DNA of 64,000 nt, taken from the IMG/VR virus record IMGVR_UViG_3300042261_001452, positions 1-64,000 of that record. One strand, 5' to 3'. Below, one piece after another: positions 29,011 through 39,509 of this stretch (the stretch's first letter is position 1; each line of letters begins with the position of its first letter). Position numbers and translations under genes: made by a program. The notes below the pieces were generated by a model. It had not been told where the DNA came from, searched no databases, and saw nothing but the letters and a program-made list of their open reading frames with translations. The stretch is from a virus.

Positions 29011-29877
29011 TTAGGAACCAGCAGTAACTGTAATCTTGGCAACTGCATAGTTGTTGATGATTACAATACCAATATCCTCATAGATTACCCAGCCCAAACG
29101 AAGCTTCTTTGGATCGTCAGCGGGAAGTACGGTGATGTCCTGACGAACAGGGAATGCACCAACGTATTCTGCGGGGGCTAGTAGGAATACTGTATCTGAT
29201 GGACACTTAGACGATACGTGAATATCGGCTGTGAAAATGTGACCAAATAGACCAGTTGTAAGAACTTCCTTCTGAGTGGCCTCATCATAAACAGTCTTAC
29301 CCCAGTTACGAATATCAATGTAACGAAGAGCGTGTGTTACGACCTTGCCAACAGTTAGATCATGCTGCTCAATTGTACCGAAAGCTGAATTAAGAGCCTG
29401 AACGGTTAGAGCGCCACCAGTAGAAACTACGGTATTAGCCGCAGTAACAGCAGCGTTAATAGCGTTGAAGATGTTAAGATCTTCTTCCTTCTGGATGGCT
29501 TCCTTAGCCTTAATCTGAGCGCGATCTACAATATAGAAACGGCGAGCCTTAACTTCCGATAGACGGATGGTGGGGTTCGTAGCAATTTCGAATGTAGGAA
29601 CTAGGATTTCCTCACCTTCGGTGAATCCATCTGGTACTGCGCCTCTACGAGAAATTACGAATGCGGTCTGTCTTACGTCCTTCTCATAACGGGCATAAGC
29701 GCCTTGTGGTAGTTCATCTACCATTAATAGTTTACGACCTACTGCTTGGTATTCTAGAGCGCGGCGGATAGGTTCTACCATTGCTTGTGCAAGGGCGACT
29801 CTTCCATCGGGTGTCTCTAGAGCCTGTGCAATTAGGGCTTCTCTCTCTGCATTTACTGCTCTCTTATCAATAGCCAT
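29011..29877 (-). CDS. major capsid protein (compact HK97/encapsulin-like fold)
   Basis: GRKLLMVDELPQG, VPTFEIATNP, AIQKEED, GWVIYEDIG; follows protease and decoration genes. Confidence 0.9.
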   Translation of the reverse strand: MAIDKRAVNAEREALIAQALETPDGRVALAQAMVEPIRRALEYQAVGRKLLMVDELPQGAYARYEKDVRQTAFVISRRGAVPDGFTEGEEILVPTFEIATNPTIRLSEVKARRFYIVDRAQIKAKEAIQKEEDLNIFNAINAAVTAANTVVSTGGALTVQALNSAFGTIEQHDLTVGKVVTHALRYIDIRNWGKTVYDEATQKEVLTTGLFGHIFTADIHVSSKCPSDTVFLLAPAEYVGAFPVRQDITVLPADDPKKLRLGWVIYEDIGIVIINNYAVAKITVTAGS

Positions 29878-29935
29878 TTTATTTCTCCTTTTTTTGTAAC
29901 TTATAGGGGTGTTAAGTAGCCTATAAACTTATTTA

Positions 29936-30466
29936 TTAGATTAACAACTTAATTTCGATGTAGTTGTTAGCAGTACCACTAGGGGACTGACCAGCAAGAG
30001 CTGCATCGCCGTTAATGTTTACGCCGGGAACTCCAGAAGGATAGCTTCCAGCAGTCTTGGTTAGAACTGCAACAACAGTTGAAGTGCTATGGGTATCTAC
30101 TGTATCAAGAACGCCATTAACACCATATAGGCGGGCCATAATGCTAGCACTTGCTACGTTAGCAGCAAATTGATCTGTAGCAAACTCACCACCGCTATGA
30201 TATACTGTCATCTTGCCGCTTGCCTTGGTCTCATCATAGTAATCGGAAGCGCGACCCTGCCAGCCAGAAGAAACTCCGGGCATTGAAGAAACAGAGGTGC
30301 TCTTTGAGTCACCAGCTAGACCATATGGCTGAATGTTTGTGCTGCTCTGTAGAACGACATTGCCGTTTGAATCTAGAGAAACAACTTGACCTTCTAGAAT
30401 CGAGGTCTGACCTGTAGCAACTGTTTTCTCAGCAGCAACTACGAAAAAATTTGGAATTATTGCCAT
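29936..30466 (-). CDS. capsid decoration/cement protein
   Basis: 176 aa Gly/Ser-rich; ASGKMTVY..GGEFATDQF; between protease and MCP. Confidence 0.75.
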   Translation of the reverse strand: MAIIPNFFVVAAEKTVATGQTSILEGQVVSLDSNGNVVLQSSTNIQPYGLAGDSKSTSVSSMPGVSSGWQGRASDYYDETKASGKMTVYHSGGEFATDQFAANVASASIMARLYGVNGVLDTVDTHSTSTVVAVLTKTAGSYPSGVPGVNINGDAALAGQSPSGTANNYIEIKLLI

Positions 30467-30637
30467 TTTTTTATCTCCTTTTAAGATTATGTTTTTTGTA
30501 CTTTCGTTTACCTATTGGCTGCTCTATTTTCTTTCTCATCTATATCAATCAATTTAATTCTTTGTTACCGTCCTTACTGCTCCATTTTTATTCCACTTTA
30601 TATTCTCAGAGAATTATTGCCAATTTATGTATATTTG

Positions 30638-30661
30638 TTCTAAAAATATTAAGAAATTCCT
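30638..30661 (-). promoter_or_regulatory. AGGA-N17-GAA promoter of decoration/capsid operon
   Basis: One of ~15 intergenic copies of the motif. Confidence 0.6.
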
Positions 30662-30738
30662 TCTATAAAAAATAAATATTTCACTAAATGTCAAAACAAT
30701 CAATTTTATTGGTGTTTTTAATGTTTTTAGAAACAAAA

Positions 30739-30768
30739 AGGGCTTGGGAATTTTATTTCCCAAGCCCT
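30739..30768 (-). terminator. intrinsic terminator after protease gene
   Basis: agggcttgggaa...ttcccaagccct. Confidence 0.75.
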
Positions 30769-30815
30769 AATATGTAATTATTGATTATTTTTTTATATTT
30801 ATTTACTCAATATAT

Positions 30816-33800
30816 TTATTCGCCTTGATAGCCATATATTGTAAGCTTCTGATCAAAATCTTTACTTCCGATTGTGAATGCACTAGCTAGCTTATCCTTA
30901 AGACCTTTACTTTCTGATTTGCTTTCTAGCATGATTGCAGGAATAGCATGACCAGCTTCATTGGTATCTGAGACTGTTGATGCGACTCTAGCGGCTGTCT
31001 TAACAGGGAAGAGTTTATCAGCTACTGAAGCGATCTTATCAATTTCAAATGTTGATAGAGCCTTAATTGCACTCTCATAGGCGTCCATATCATTGGCTAG
31101 TCTGTTATTAGCAATTAGCCATGCTGCAATCTTAGTAGCCTGTTGCTCTCTAGCCTTAGCTATCTTAGAAACCTGATCCTCTCTTTGCTGGCGAACAACC
31201 TTTAACATTTCGTCATTAATTTCGGGCATATCCTTTTGAATTTCCTTTTCATTACCCATATAAGCATTATTCATTGGTACATCTGGTCCCTTTAGAGGCT
31301 TATTAATTAGAGAATCAGCATCCTTTTCTTGACCCATATAGGCTTCTTGACGAGGAACATCTGGTCCCTTATTTGGTGTATTGATAGCAGAATCGGCATC
31401 CTTTTCCTTGCCCATATAGGCATCTTTACGAGGAACATCGGCATCCTTTTCTACTGTATCAACTACTTTCATCTGCTTGGCTTCTTTTGTAACATTCTTG
31501 TCTCCAGCGATAACAGTTCCCTTGATTTCATTATTAATGGCTGGCATACCCTTTTGAGTATTGACTTCATCGCCCATTAGAGAATTACCGACTGGTACAT
31601 CTGGTCCTTTTAGTGGCTTATTAATTAGAGAATTAGCAGATTGTTCCTGTCCCATATAGGCATCCTTACGAGGAACATTTGGGCTATTCATTTTCTTATT
31701 AATTAGAGAATCAGCTTCCTTTTCTTTGCCCATATAGGCATCTTTACGAGGAACGCCAGCTTCAACATTATTTTCAATTGTCTTTACTAATGTTGGAGTC
31801 TTGGCAATCTTTACGATTTCCTCTCCTACCTTTAATACTCTGTGACTTGCCATAGCTTCAACCTCCTTTGCTGTATTATCAGCTTTTGCCTTGCATTCTT
31901 CGCAATCGGCTTTATTACATTCGCATTCCTTTTTGCAAATTTCCTTGACTTCATTTTTTTCTTCTTTTTTCTCTTCTTTCTTCTCTTCTGACTTTACAGG
32001 AGCCTTATCAGTCTTAGCTTCTTTAACAATTTCTACTTCAACTTCGGCTTCCTTTAGAGCAGGAAGATCAGAGCCAATATCCTTTTCTAGCTCAGCTTCT
32101 TTAGCAGCTACAACTTTCTTTTGTGCGGCGGCTACAGCTTCCTGATCAATCTTTTGAAGAGTGATTAGGTCGTATTTAGTAAGTCTATCTTCTTTACCAG
32201 CTACTACATCCTTTCCAAAAGCATGGACATAGATATTGTCTGCATGTTCAGAAGCTTTTGCTTTCTTAATGCAACCACAAATGTCACTTGCTTCCTTTAG
32301 ATTATAGCCTTGCTTTTTCTGATCAGCAATGCATTCATCCATTGGGTCTTTTTGTAGAGAAGCTTCTGCTAGTCTTATCATATCCTTTACTTTTGTAAAA
32401 GCTAGTCTTTGGAGACTCTTACATACGCAATCTGCTAGAGCCTTACCCTTGCAAGGCCCGAAAGTCGCAACAGTATTTCCACCATAGCTTCTTGCCATTC
32501 TTTCAATACAATTTGCCATTGGGAAAGAATCCTTATTCTGAGTAGCGGCCTTTAGCATTTTGGTCATCTTTAGTGAAGATGCAAACTTAGCAGCCTTTTC
32601 TTCGCAACCTTGACACTTAGTATCATGTCTAAGATCCCACTTGACTCTTAGATAGCTTTCTTTTGGATTTGCAGCAGCAATTAGAATATCTTTTACTACT
32701 TCAGTCTTGCAAGAAGGACAAGTGAATTCTGTATGACCATCATCTTCCTTAGAGGCTGTGCAATTCTTTTTACCACAGGCAGGACAGACATGACCATGCG
32801 CCTTTACATTGCTACCAATTCTACGGATTGAACCCTTATCAATTCTCGTCTGGGCAGCTACAGGTAGGGCTGGAACTTCTGCTGGAGCTTCTGGAGCCTC
32901 AGCACCTTCTGGTTCACCTTTCCCCGGAGTCTTACCTACGCTTACGGTAGGCTTAATAATCTTAAACTCAACTTCTTTCTTTAGAAGAGCCTCATATTCT
33001 GCACCACACTTCTGACAAGTACCCTTAATATTTCCTTTGTCATTTGTAACATCAACATCAGATGTTCCGCATTCTGGACAGATTGTCCAAGGCATTTGTT
33101 GCTCGCCTACAGTTGGGATGTCTTCTGCAATTTCCTTCCCTTCTGCTGGGGCATCCATTGTAAGTGATTGGATTGCGTCGCCTTGTGGAGCAGCGCCCGG
33201 AAGAGCCTGTTCAGGAGCGCCAGAAGCAGCTACGCCACCGGGAGTACCGGGAACACCACCACCCATAGGAGACTGAGCTATTTTCTTAAGAGCTACTTTC
33301 TTTGAGGCCATAGTAGGAGCCATTGCGGGAGCGGCACCTGTGGGAGCAGCAGCGGGAGCGGCAGGTGGTAGGGCAGATAGAGCATCTACTCCTTCTCCTG
33401 TCATATCGCCTTCTGGAACAATCTCTTCTGTTTCGGGCTGAGTTGTATCGCCAACAGGAATTTCTACTTCTTGATCGCCTTCATCTGTTTGGACTGCAAT
33501 CTGAATAGTATCACCACTAATAGTAACATTGGTTACAGCAGCTAGCTTAATATTCTGAGAGGCAAGTGCTCCTTTAGCAAAAGATCTTATATCCTTTTTA
33601 AAAGTTGCGCTTTCTTTCGTACTTCCAAGTTCAGAAAAATTTGTTTCAATAACAGTATCAGCGCCATTTAACCCTTTTGGATTAAGAATGTTATTGGCTT
33701 GTCTTTTTTGACCTTTTTCAAGAGCAGCTAGAATTTCTTTTCTTTCTGTCTCTCTCTGTTTCTTTGAGTCAACAGCTTTATCAACTGTAGAAGCTAGAAG

Positions 33801-36344
33801 AGCATTTCTTAGTTCTTCCTTACGAGAAGTTTTCTTTACTTCCTTTGTAGAAGCAAGTTTCTCTTCGACCTTCTTAGTGATTACTGGAACTGCTGTTTCT
33901 TCAGAGACAACTTCAAGAGCATCAATTAGAACATCAGGATTAATTGTGGAATCTGTAGCAATTTTTCTTAGTCCACCAACAAGAATTTCGGCAATTTGCT
34001 GTTTTCCAGCACTTGCAACCTTTAGATTCTTATTGTTCCAGAATGCAATTCTCTTGGCATAATTAATATCTTCCTTATCTTCAGTCTGCTCAAGAATAGA
34101 AGTTGCTAGGTAATAACGATTCTTTACTGAATCTACCATAGAAGAGGCAACTAGTTGAACTTCCTCAGGGGTGCAACCGGCAGTAATTATTGTATTTGCA
34201 GCAGCTTCAACAACAGCAGCCATGTGATCAGCGGCACTCTTAAACTGTTTAGGATCACGACTAGCTGATCTTGCCCAAGGAGCAGAGATATCATCAAGTT
34301 GTTTTTCAGTTATAACGTCTTTTTCAGACTTTGCACGATAATCAGCTAACTGAGCCTGAGTAATCTGATTTGCATCAGTATTTTCTCTTACAGCCTCTAG
34401 TTGCTTTTCGCTAATAACTTCTGGAGTAGCATTTTCTCTCTTGGAGTCAAGTTGCTTTTCTGTAACAACTTCCTGCTCTCCCTTACGTTTAGCTTCTAGC
34501 TGGGCTTGAGTTACTTGTTCTGCATCAACGCCTGTTCTGGCATGATATAGATCTTTCTGCTCAAGTTGTTTTTCGGTAATTACTTCTGGAGCCTTATTCA
34601 CAGAGGTAGCTCCTGCACTCTTATTTATTTCGGTTGCCATATTTTCTCCTTCTTTTTGCTTTTTGGTTAGACTTGCAAATGTTTCTAATAACTTAATAGA
34701 AGCTTCTCTTGGTGAATTTTTAATTGTTGTTTTGTCATCTTCCGTCAAATCCTCATATGTCCAAACAATCCTATCTTCTTCAGAATTTAGTTTATTCTCT
34801 GCGACAATTATGAAAGAATCATCTTTCTTACTTATCGTCAGGCGATTTTCATTATCCTGAATAGAAGGCATTTCTTTTATATACTCGAAAAAGTCTTGTT
34901 TTTCCTTCCAAGAATTTGACAAAATTTGCATTACTCTCTCTTTCTGCTCATTTTTAGCAGCTAAAGTTCTTCTTTTAGACATATTAGACATATCTAAATC
35001 TCCCATTTTGTTCAGTTTTTCATTTAAATTTGCTACTTTTAAGAACATTTCTTCCTGTGATAGCTTATTGTTATTATTACTTATACTGCAAGAACAATTA
35101 TTTTCTGCAACTTTTTGAATTATATTATCTTCTTGAGAGGCTTTTGGTCTAATAGGTGCCGTAATAGGTAGTTTAGGTAATTTTAATGCGGAAGACTTAG
35201 CAGGAGCAGAAGCAGGTGTTTCTACTGTTGCAGGAGTTGCTTCTGGTGTTTCTTCGGCACTAATAGGTGTTGGAACAGCCCCACCAGCAGCAGGAGTATT
35301 AGGAGTAGGTACAGGAGCAGGAGCGGGAGCAGCAGGAGCTTGTCCTTCTTCTACATTGCCTGCTGTTCCGGGGACTCCACTATCTTGAAGATTGCCATAA
35401 CCAGCACCAACTAGTTCATCTACCCATGTTTGTAAATTAGAAAGAATCTCTACAAGATCAGTAGAAAACTCCATTTCTACTTGTTTTCTATTCTTAATTA
35501 AATTAATAGCGATATTTTCTAGTGTTTGTAAAACTTGCTCTAAGTCTTTAATTTCTTGTTGACCAGCAGTTTTATTTAAAGAAGCTGTCTTAACTAGATA
35601 ATCTCTTACTGTATTTTCAAGGTTAGCAGCTTTTGTTAGAAAATCATCATTATGAATAATTCCTTGAATATGGCATGTTGGGCAAGCAGGATCTACTACT
35701 GCACTTAATTCAATAAACTTAAGGCCATAATTATACTCATAAACTGGATGATCTTTAAATGTCTTAAATTCTCCAGTTATTACATCTCTTGCTTTTCCAC
35801 TGAATTTTCTACCTTTCTTTTCTTTAATATGAGAACAATATTGCTCTGTTTTTTCGGCCTTATTATGACAAATATTACATACAGAATATTCAACGCTGCA
35901 ACCCATCGAAACACCACTCACGTATTCTTCTTCAATACCTCTGCAAATATCTGGATAAGCATCTCTATCTACGAAAGCTACTGTATAAACTGATTTATCT
36001 GAGGGATTCCATCTTGCAAAAATTACTTTTCCTCTAGCATTTTCAATATTTTGATTATTATGATTTGTAAATATTGGTACTCCTTCAAAGGTCTTATAAG
36101 CTTTTACAAGTTCTTCTTCTGAGAAATAATCTCCATTAGAATTCATCTTATTGGCTTCAATAGCTTTTGCTTCGAAAAATAAGGCATTTGGATGCTTTTT
36201 AATCTCAGCAGAAACAATCTTAGATACCTCACTAGAAGGATCAATATTAATGCGACCAGAAGCAGCAGTCCGCATCATATAATTAGAACCATTATTTTCT
36301 ATTGGAGTAACATTAGAAAATGATAAAGCTATTTTTCTTAACAT
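30816..36344 (-). CDS. prohead protease fused to long scaffold/core polyprotein
   Basis: NSNGDYF, FTNH, VSMGC..CNIC..CSH, FIELSAVVDPA; then repeats, Zn ribbons and many KxA sites. Confidence 0.85.
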   Translation of the reverse strand: MLRKIALSFSNVTPIENNGSNYMMRTAASGRINIDPSSEVSKIVSAEIKKHPNALFFEAKAIEANKMNSNGDYFSEEELVKAYKTFEGVPIFTNHNNQNIENARGKVIFARWNPSDKSVYTVAFVDRDAYPDICRGIEEEYVSGVSMGCSVEYSVCNICHNKAEKTEQYCSHIKEKKGRKFSGKARDVITGEFKTFKDHPVYEYNYGLKFIELSAVVDPACPTCHIQGIIHNDDFLTKAANLENTVRDYLVKTASLNKTAGQQEIKDLEQVLQTLENIAINLIKNRKQVEMEFSTDLVEILSNLQTWVDELVGAGYGNLQDSGVPGTAGNVEEGQAPAAPAPAPVPTPNTPAAGGAVPTPISAEETPEATPATVETPASAPAKSSALKLPKLPITAPIRPKASQEDNIIQKVAENNCSCSISNNNNKLSQEEMFLKVANLNEKLNKMGDLDMSNMSKRRTLAAKNEQKERVMQILSNSWKEKQDFFEYIKEMPSIQDNENRLTISKKDDSFIIVAENKLNSEEDRIVWTYEDLTEDDKTTIKNSPREASIKLLETFASLTKKQKEGENMATEINKSAGATSVNKAPEVITEKQLEQKDLYHARTGVDAEQVTQAQLEAKRKGEQEVVTEKQLDSKRENATPEVISEKQLEAVRENTDANQITQAQLADYRAKSEKDVITEKQLDDISAPWARSASRDPKQFKSAADHMAAVVEAAANTIITAGCTPEEVQLVASSMVDSVKNRYYLATSILEQTEDKEDINYAKRIAFWNNKNLKVASAGKQQIAEILVGGLRKIATDSTINPDVLIDALEVVSEETAVPVITKKVEEKLASTKEVKKTSRKEELRNALLASTVDKAVDSKKQRETERKEILAALEKGQKRQANNILNPKGLNGADTVIETNFSELGSTKESATFKKDIRSFAKGALASQNIKLAAVTNVTISGDTIQIAVQTDEGDQEVEIPVGDTTQPETEEIVPEGDMTGEGVDALSALPPAAPAAAPTGAAPAMAPTMASKKVALKKIAQSPMGGGVPGTPGGVAASGAPEQALPGAAPQGDAIQSLTMDAPAEGKEIAEDIPTVGEQQMPWTICPECGTSDVDVTNDKGNIKGTCQKCGAEYEALLKKEVEFKIIKPTVSVGKTPGKGEPEGAEAPEAPAEVPALPVAAQTRIDKGSIRRIGSNVKAHGHVCPACGKKNCTASKEDDGHTEFTCPSCKTEVVKDILIAAANPKESYLRVKWDLRHDTKCQGCEEKAAKFASSLKMTKMLKAATQNKDSFPMANCIERMARSYGGNTVATFGPCKGKALADCVCKSLQRLAFTKVKDMIRLAEASLQKDPMDECIADQKKQGYNLKEASDICGCIKKAKASEHADNIYVHAFGKDVVAGKEDRLTKYDLITLQKIDQEAVAAAQKKVVAAKEAELEKDIGSDLPALKEAEVEVEIVKEAKTDKAPVKSEEKKEEKKEEKNEVKEICKKECECNKADCEECKAKADNTAKEVEAMASHRVLKVGEEIVKIAKTPTLVKTIENNVEAGVPRKDAYMGKEKEADSLINKKMNSPNVPRKDAYMGQEQSANSLINKPLKGPDVPVGNSLMGDEVNTQKGMPAINNEIKGTVIAGDKNVTKEAKQMKVVDTVEKDADVPRKDAYMGKEKDADSAINTPNKGPDVPRQEAYMGQEKDADSLINKPLKGPDVPMNNAYMGNEKEIQKDMPEINDEMLKVVRQQREDQVSKIAKAREQQATKIAAWLIANNRLANDMDAYESAIKALSTFEIDKIASVADKLFPVKTAARVASTVSDTNEAGHAIPAIMLESKSESKGLKDKLASAFTIGSKDFDQKLTIYGYQGE
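31230..31760 (-). repeat. ~26-aa VPRKDAYMGxEKxADSLINK repeats
   Basis: About six copies in two blocks, visible in DNA. Confidence 0.8.
34295..34590 (-). repeat. ~16-aa xVITEKQL / xQxTQAQL repeats
   Basis: About six copies. Confidence 0.75.
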
Positions 36345-36360
36345 GTTTTTTTCCTAATTT

Positions 36361-38943
36361 TTATCTATTTATATATTTTCTAATTATTTTATGAATTTCC
36401 TCTGCGGCACCAAACTTTCCATTGTCATCTAAATCACTAGCTATTTTTACTAGGTTTTTAATAGTATAGCTAAGAACATCCTCCTCTTCTATCTCTGGAG
36501 TAGGTGCTGGTTTTTTCTTTTTAGGATTTTTAGGATTTTTAGGAATTATTGGTTCATCCATCTGTAAATCCATCTCATCTAATTCTAGTTCTGGTTCTGT
36601 AATAGAAGGAGTTGGAATAGATCTTCTAGGAGGTCTTTTAACTTGAGGAACATCTTGTGTAATATCTGTAATCTCCATCTCATCTAATTCAGGATCTGGA
36701 GTTTCTTGATTCTTACGAAGATTTGGATTAACAGGTTTATTTTGTTCTTCAGGCATTTCTAAATCGTCCATAAGATCTGGAACAATTGCATCCTCATCCA
36801 TCGTTGAATTTTCCCCTGTTTTATCTTCTGCTTCAGCTCTATCTTCTGCTTCAGCCTTATCTTCAATAGTAGGAATATCCATTCGTGGGGCCTTACTAAT
36901 ACTACCATACATCTTTCCGATATATTGCTCAACTAAGGCACGATTAACCTTTTCAGCTTCAACAAGGGATATAGGAGTAGGAGCCTTATCTCTTTTTTCT
37001 TTTGCATCTATAGCCATTTTTGATAATACAGTAGAATTTAATTGAAGGTCCATATTTTCCGTAAGAGAACCAAAAGTATTTTCATCAATAGCTCTATTTA
37101 TTCTACCTCTTGTAGCAGGAATAATATTTTCAGCTTCTGTTCCAGCCCAAGTAATATTTGCCCATAGGAGAAGTTCTTTTGGATCACGAAGGCCTTTTTC
37201 TTGCTTTGTTTTTTCCTCGATAAGAGATCTTTTCGTAGCAATTGCCTTTTGCAATGCTCCAGAATAGGTATATTTCTCTGTCTTTTTCCCCTTTTTCTTT
37301 GCTTTTGCTTTATTTTCTGCAAGTTCAGATTTAATTAAGTCTAAATGATCCTTTACACTCTCTGGGGTAAATTCTCCCTTGCCTTTGACTTGAGGATGTT
37401 TTCTAATTATTAATTGGCAATAACTAGCAATGCTTTCTGGAGTAATATCAGATTCTTTAACTTGTTGCCCACCAGCGGCTTTAGAGGCAATTAATTCTTT
37501 AATAGCTGTTAATACTAAAATTTTAGTATCAAGATCTCTTTCTTTATCTTCTGGAACTTTAAGAGCAGTATATGTAACTTGTCCTGCTTTTCCGGGATAT
37601 CTAAATTCAGTAACTGTACATTTAGATGGAAGCAAAGAAGCAGTTGCTAAATCGCCTTTTTTAATAAGATCTGCTTTCATATTGCTTATTGTCCTAGTAA
37701 GAATTTTCATTCCTACATAATCAATATCTTCTTCAAGACTTCTAGCAAATTGTTCTCTAGTCATACTCATTTGGGCAGCAGCTTTATCCATCGCTTGTTC
37801 AAAAATTGCTTGTGCTTGTGGCCCTTTATGTCTAAAGCATGTTTCTAGAAGTTTCAAAATACCTCTTGCGCTAAGAGCGACTTCGGCAGGTCCATCTAGA
37901 GGAGCAACTTGTTCGCCAACAGCACGGCCATTAGAACCTAAGAAATTTTGAATACCTGTAATTTCTATAGACTCCCATTTCTTTTGAGATTCTTCTCCTT
38001 CTGCTCCAAGTTCTCCAAAAGTAGGAGCATTTAATGGCATTGCCTTGGTAGTATATTGAAGATCATCGCCATTTTTACAAATTGATGCTTCTAATTCTTT
38101 ACGCAAGGCTTCTGCTTCTGCATTGTATTCTGTAGGATTAAAGTTAGGGATTGCAGTTGGATCTCCGCGCCTTTGTTTTTCCATTTCTTGGGCGATTTGC
38201 TCATCATTCATATATGGAATGTTAAAGTTTGAAATTACTGCTTCAAATATTTTATTAACAAACTTACTTAAATGAGACTTAACTAATTCAGGTGTTAATT
38301 GACCATATTTTTTAACAAATCCACCATATAAATTAAGCATATCTGCCCTATATCTTAAAAGTGCATCTCTTGTTTTTTCTTCGGTACTTTTTCTAGTATA
38401 AGTAGGCTGTTTAATTTTCGCATACCCGATTTCTTTTGGTGTTTCAATAGAGGCAATTTCTGGATAATCTTCTTGAATAGCCTTTAAAAGAGCATCAGGA
38501 GTTGCTGGAATCCCTTTGCTTGCGATATATTTTCTGGCAAGTGCTCTTTCGTCTTTTGGACATCTATACGGTCCTAATGCTAATGCCCAAAGACCTTCTC
38601 CACTTCTAAAACCTATAAGAACACAATATAGTTTCTGAGCCTGTTTTATTGAAATATTATATTTGGTCATATAATAAGAAATACGTTCAAAATATTCGCG
38701 TTTAATATTAGCTAGAGTTCTATTATAATAACTCATTTGTGCTCTTTCTTCTCTAGTTGGAAGACTTGGATCTATAGGCATGCTATTTTCTATTAACTTA
38801 TTCCATTCTCTAGCCCTACCATCCATAATATCTGTTAGATTATAAAACCAATCGGGTTGCTCTTTATAATGGCGAGCCTTTCGACCAGCAATTCCCATTG
38901 CTTCCTTTAATAAATAATCTCTTAATAAATTAAATGTGACCAT
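36361..38943 (-). CDS. large hypothetical probable internal head protein
   Basis: MVTFNL..KEA leader; C-terminal LVKIASDLDDNG..AAEEI helix. Confidence 0.6.
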   Translation of the reverse strand: MVTFNLLRDYLLKEAMGIAGRKARHYKEQPDWFYNLTDIMDGRAREWNKLIENSMPIDPSLPTREERAQMSYYNRTLANIKREYFERISYYMTKYNISIKQAQKLYCVLIGFRSGEGLWALALGPYRCPKDERALARKYIASKGIPATPDALLKAIQEDYPEIASIETPKEIGYAKIKQPTYTRKSTEEKTRDALLRYRADMLNLYGGFVKKYGQLTPELVKSHLSKFVNKIFEAVISNFNIPYMNDEQIAQEMEKQRRGDPTAIPNFNPTEYNAEAEALRKELEASICKNGDDLQYTTKAMPLNAPTFGELGAEGEESQKKWESIEITGIQNFLGSNGRAVGEQVAPLDGPAEVALSARGILKLLETCFRHKGPQAQAIFEQAMDKAAAQMSMTREQFARSLEEDIDYVGMKILTRTISNMKADLIKKGDLATASLLPSKCTVTEFRYPGKAGQVTYTALKVPEDKERDLDTKILVLTAIKELIASKAAGGQQVKESDITPESIASYCQLIIRKHPQVKGKGEFTPESVKDHLDLIKSELAENKAKAKKKGKKTEKYTYSGALQKAIATKRSLIEEKTKQEKGLRDPKELLLWANITWAGTEAENIIPATRGRINRAIDENTFGSLTENMDLQLNSTVLSKMAIDAKEKRDKAPTPISLVEAEKVNRALVEQYIGKMYGSISKAPRMDIPTIEDKAEAEDRAEAEDKTGENSTMDEDAIVPDLMDDLEMPEEQNKPVNPNLRKNQETPDPELDEMEITDITQDVPQVKRPPRRSIPTPSITEPELELDEMDLQMDEPIIPKNPKNPKKKKPAPTPEIEEEDVLSYTIKNLVKIASDLDDNGKFGAAEEIHKIIRKYINR

Positions 38944-38947
38944 ATTT

Positions 38948-39436
38948 TTACTCCTTATAAGAACCCTTTGAATCTTTTGAATCTTTTGAATCTTTTGAAT
39001 CTAAAGCTGCATCTCTATCAGGTTCTTCTTCCTTATATTCCTCTTTCCATTTCTTTATTCTCGATTTAATATCGTATAATTGGGCAGATGTATAGGGCTT
39101 CATTTTGGCAGGAATTGGAACCCCCCATGTTTCAAAAGCATATTTAGCAGCACTATCCATGCTATCAAAATATTTACCACTGGCAGAATAAGTAGCTGGT
39201 AATTTTCTTACTCCAGCAAAGAATTTCTCTTTAGGAGCATGAATATTTGCTGGACCAATAATACAATAATATTCATCTCCTTCTGAGGACATTCCCTCAA
39301 AACGAAAATAACTTCCAGATCCTATTACAGCAGCAAATTGCTTCTTTAAGAAAGATGTTTTAACAGTATATTTCTCTTTCCAAATTATCTTTTTCTCTAC
39401 TAACTTTTCTCTGGCATATATAAGTATATTTGACAT
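38948..39436 (-). CDS. hypothetical protein with DSK repeats
   Basis: Likely start MSNILIYA; 9-bp repeats near 3' end. Confidence 0.55.
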   Translation of the reverse strand: MSNILIYAREKLVEKKIIWKEKYTVKTSFLKKQFAAVIGSGSYFRFEGMSSEGDEYYCIIGPANIHAPKEKFFAGVRKLPATYSASGKYFDSMDSAAKYAFETWGVPIPAKMKPYTSAQLYDIKSRIKKWKEEYKEEEPDRDAALDSKDSKDSKDSKGSYKE

Positions 39437-39509
39437 TTTTCTATTTAATCCGATACTCAATTGAAAATACCTTTTTTAATTCAAGAAAATATAATTATAT
39501 TCCTTCCTT

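Noticed and set aside
22977-29877. Cellular encapsulin nanocompartment operon
   Set aside because: Portal, protease, terminase and tail genes show this is a phage capsid
31230-31760. CRISPR array
   Set aside because: Repeats are in-frame, degenerate at synonymous positions and lack unique spacers
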